Shown piece by piece: positions 62,500-64,000 of a stretch of 64,000 bases of DNA (position 1 is its first letter; each line of letters starts with the position of its first letter). A program made the position numbers and the translations under genes. Origin of the DNA: Trichosphaerium sp. ATCC 40318 (taxonomy: Eukaryota > Protista > Tubulinea); contig JALMLS010000228.1 in assembly GCA_038496445.1 (NCBI GenBank), positions 496,001 through 560,000 on the forward strand, read 5' to 3'. The notes beneath the pieces were generated by a model. It made no database searches and was not told where the DNA came from. It saw nothing but the letters and a program-made list of their open reading frames with translations.

Positions 62500-64000
62500 G
62501 GCGATGGCAAGAAATGGAGTTGGAGTTCCATAGGTTCAATAGCCAATAAATGACTTTCACGGACGACGTTTGTTGTGATTTCACTTAGTATGCACATAAA
62601 GTAACACAAAATGCTACAAGGACTCGTGTTAACAAAATGTACCCTGTATTTTCTCCTGCTCATACTGTATCTGGTGGGTTAACATGAGCGTTAAAACTGA
62701 AGCTGCGTAACTATTAGCAAACGTGTGCACCATGCGCGGACATAGGCAGGATGTACTGTTGTAAATCAGTTTAAACAGAAAAGCAGCTGCTTTTTGAAAT
62801 GTAGAAGCAATGTCCAGTGATTGTGCAGTCGTTTTCGCACCTGTTCTCGTTTGTGCTCATGGTATGTATTGTAGAGTGGTAGATGTTGTGTAGGAGCAAG
62901 AAAGTTTACAAGGTTATGAACTCACCGAAGAAGAGGTGGAGTAGTGTTAGACGAATGCTAATTTCTTTGTTCTCTGGTGATGTTAACCTGACCCATAGGA
63001 TGCAAGGGCTAAACTTGTTGTTGCTTACAACAATGAGTTGTGAAATAAACGTATTATTTTCTCGGCTTTATTATTTCTTACGTATTTACTACTTTGAGTG
63101 TTTACTTGCTGTTCAATTAGCCTGACTATTCGATGACACGTTGTGTTGTTACTATTTTTACAATATTGACATATTGACATTTCCGCCTCTTTATGTTTTT
63201 TACGTAGTATAGCTGTTTAGACATTCAGAGGCGTTTACGTGATTGTTTGGGCGAGGCGGGTTACGAAAAAAGTATGAGTTTTAGAAGCTTTGCGTGGTAC
63301 GACCTTTTTTTTTTTGCATTTTCAACAATTATATCGCTTAAACGCCCTCAAAGGCACGATTTGGGCCATAAGTCGATACAAAATTGTATTTTAAACAGGT
63401 AAAGTATTTAAAATAGGATAAAAGCACTTGGTGGCTAGTAAAGATCAAAGAGATTCAAAATTTTCGTAGCGCGCCGTTTTTTCTCATGAAAATCGTCATT
63501 CTAAAACAATCATTCCAATCACAGCTGTTTTCTATGCTGTGCTTATGCCTCAGGTACACGCTGTGCCATTCTGTAACTACGTGCATTTGTAGCCATTTTA
63601 TCACAAAATTCACATACATGCTTCACGTGCTATTTAGTGCTCAAATACCACATGAAGCAAGATTCAAAACAGCTAGCAACTCCGCACCAAGGCTCGTTTA
63701 TACTATATTTAACTAACCTGTTCGTATTAGTATATAATAAGGTACAATCGATAGCTACGTAAAGAACAAGTCATTATTACAAGTTTTTGGAATTCTACTT
63801 TTCTCATATCTGCCTTCTAGGTTTGAGGTTTCCACGTGGGCTTCACACGTTACAAATCAAGGTAAAGAGACTGAAAGTGAAATCGTAGAGTGGTTTGTTT
63901 AAATTTCGCATAGGCTTACTTTTTTTTTCAGATAGTTTTGGTACAACCACGCTTTACCTTGATTCTAGGCATGTGCTATGACCTTGGCCACGTACGTTAA

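Noticed and set aside
1-64000. Alternative genetic code to explain the fragmented ORFs
   Set aside because: Stops fall inside GT(GC)-AG introns, and reconstructed genes end in standard stops (TAA, TAG and TGA all seen).
62500-64000. Short ORFs 62883-63125 and 63486-63716
   Set aside because: No recognisable motifs or consistent exon chain.

Overview
Gene-dense, AT-rich eukaryotic DNA with many very short spliceosomal introns (mostly about 40-80 nt). It is most likely from an amoebozoan protist; this is inferred from a CudA-like factor and a Dictyostelium-type TPR/NACHT protein. About 20 genes or gene remnants can be reconstructed by joining exons by hand. In order: a rearranged Crinkler-type kinase/pseudokinase cluster (0.7-6.2 kb), Kelch-BTB, TIMP-like, LIM/low-complexity cytoskeletal protein, Hv1 proton channel, GPI-type vWA (DUF1194-like) surface protein, stalked EEP hydrolase, LPMO-CBM6, F-box, a disrupted Reeler/His-brace polyprotein, CudA-like, DM13-DOMON, Cys/Met PLP enzyme, CAP/SCP, BRCT-IPT-DUF4062-NACHT-TPR-WH2, peroxisomal enoyl-CoA isomerase, DUF5060/DUF4038 glycosidase-like protein and PIP5K. 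Two non-autonomous DNA elements are visible, at 6454-7723 and 35101-36159. The best candidates for undescribed biology are four. (1) An LPMO-like histidine-brace domain lies in the middle of a membrane polyprotein, behind an internal signal-peptidase-like site. (2) An NLR-like STAND protein ends in polyproline plus WH2. (3) TCACGTGA is strongly enriched across the window, often next to poly(dA:dT). (4) A palindrome-rich exonic insertion has terminal repeats that carry splice sites. All domain calls come from motif recognition by eye, with no database search, and some 5' gene ends are uncertain.
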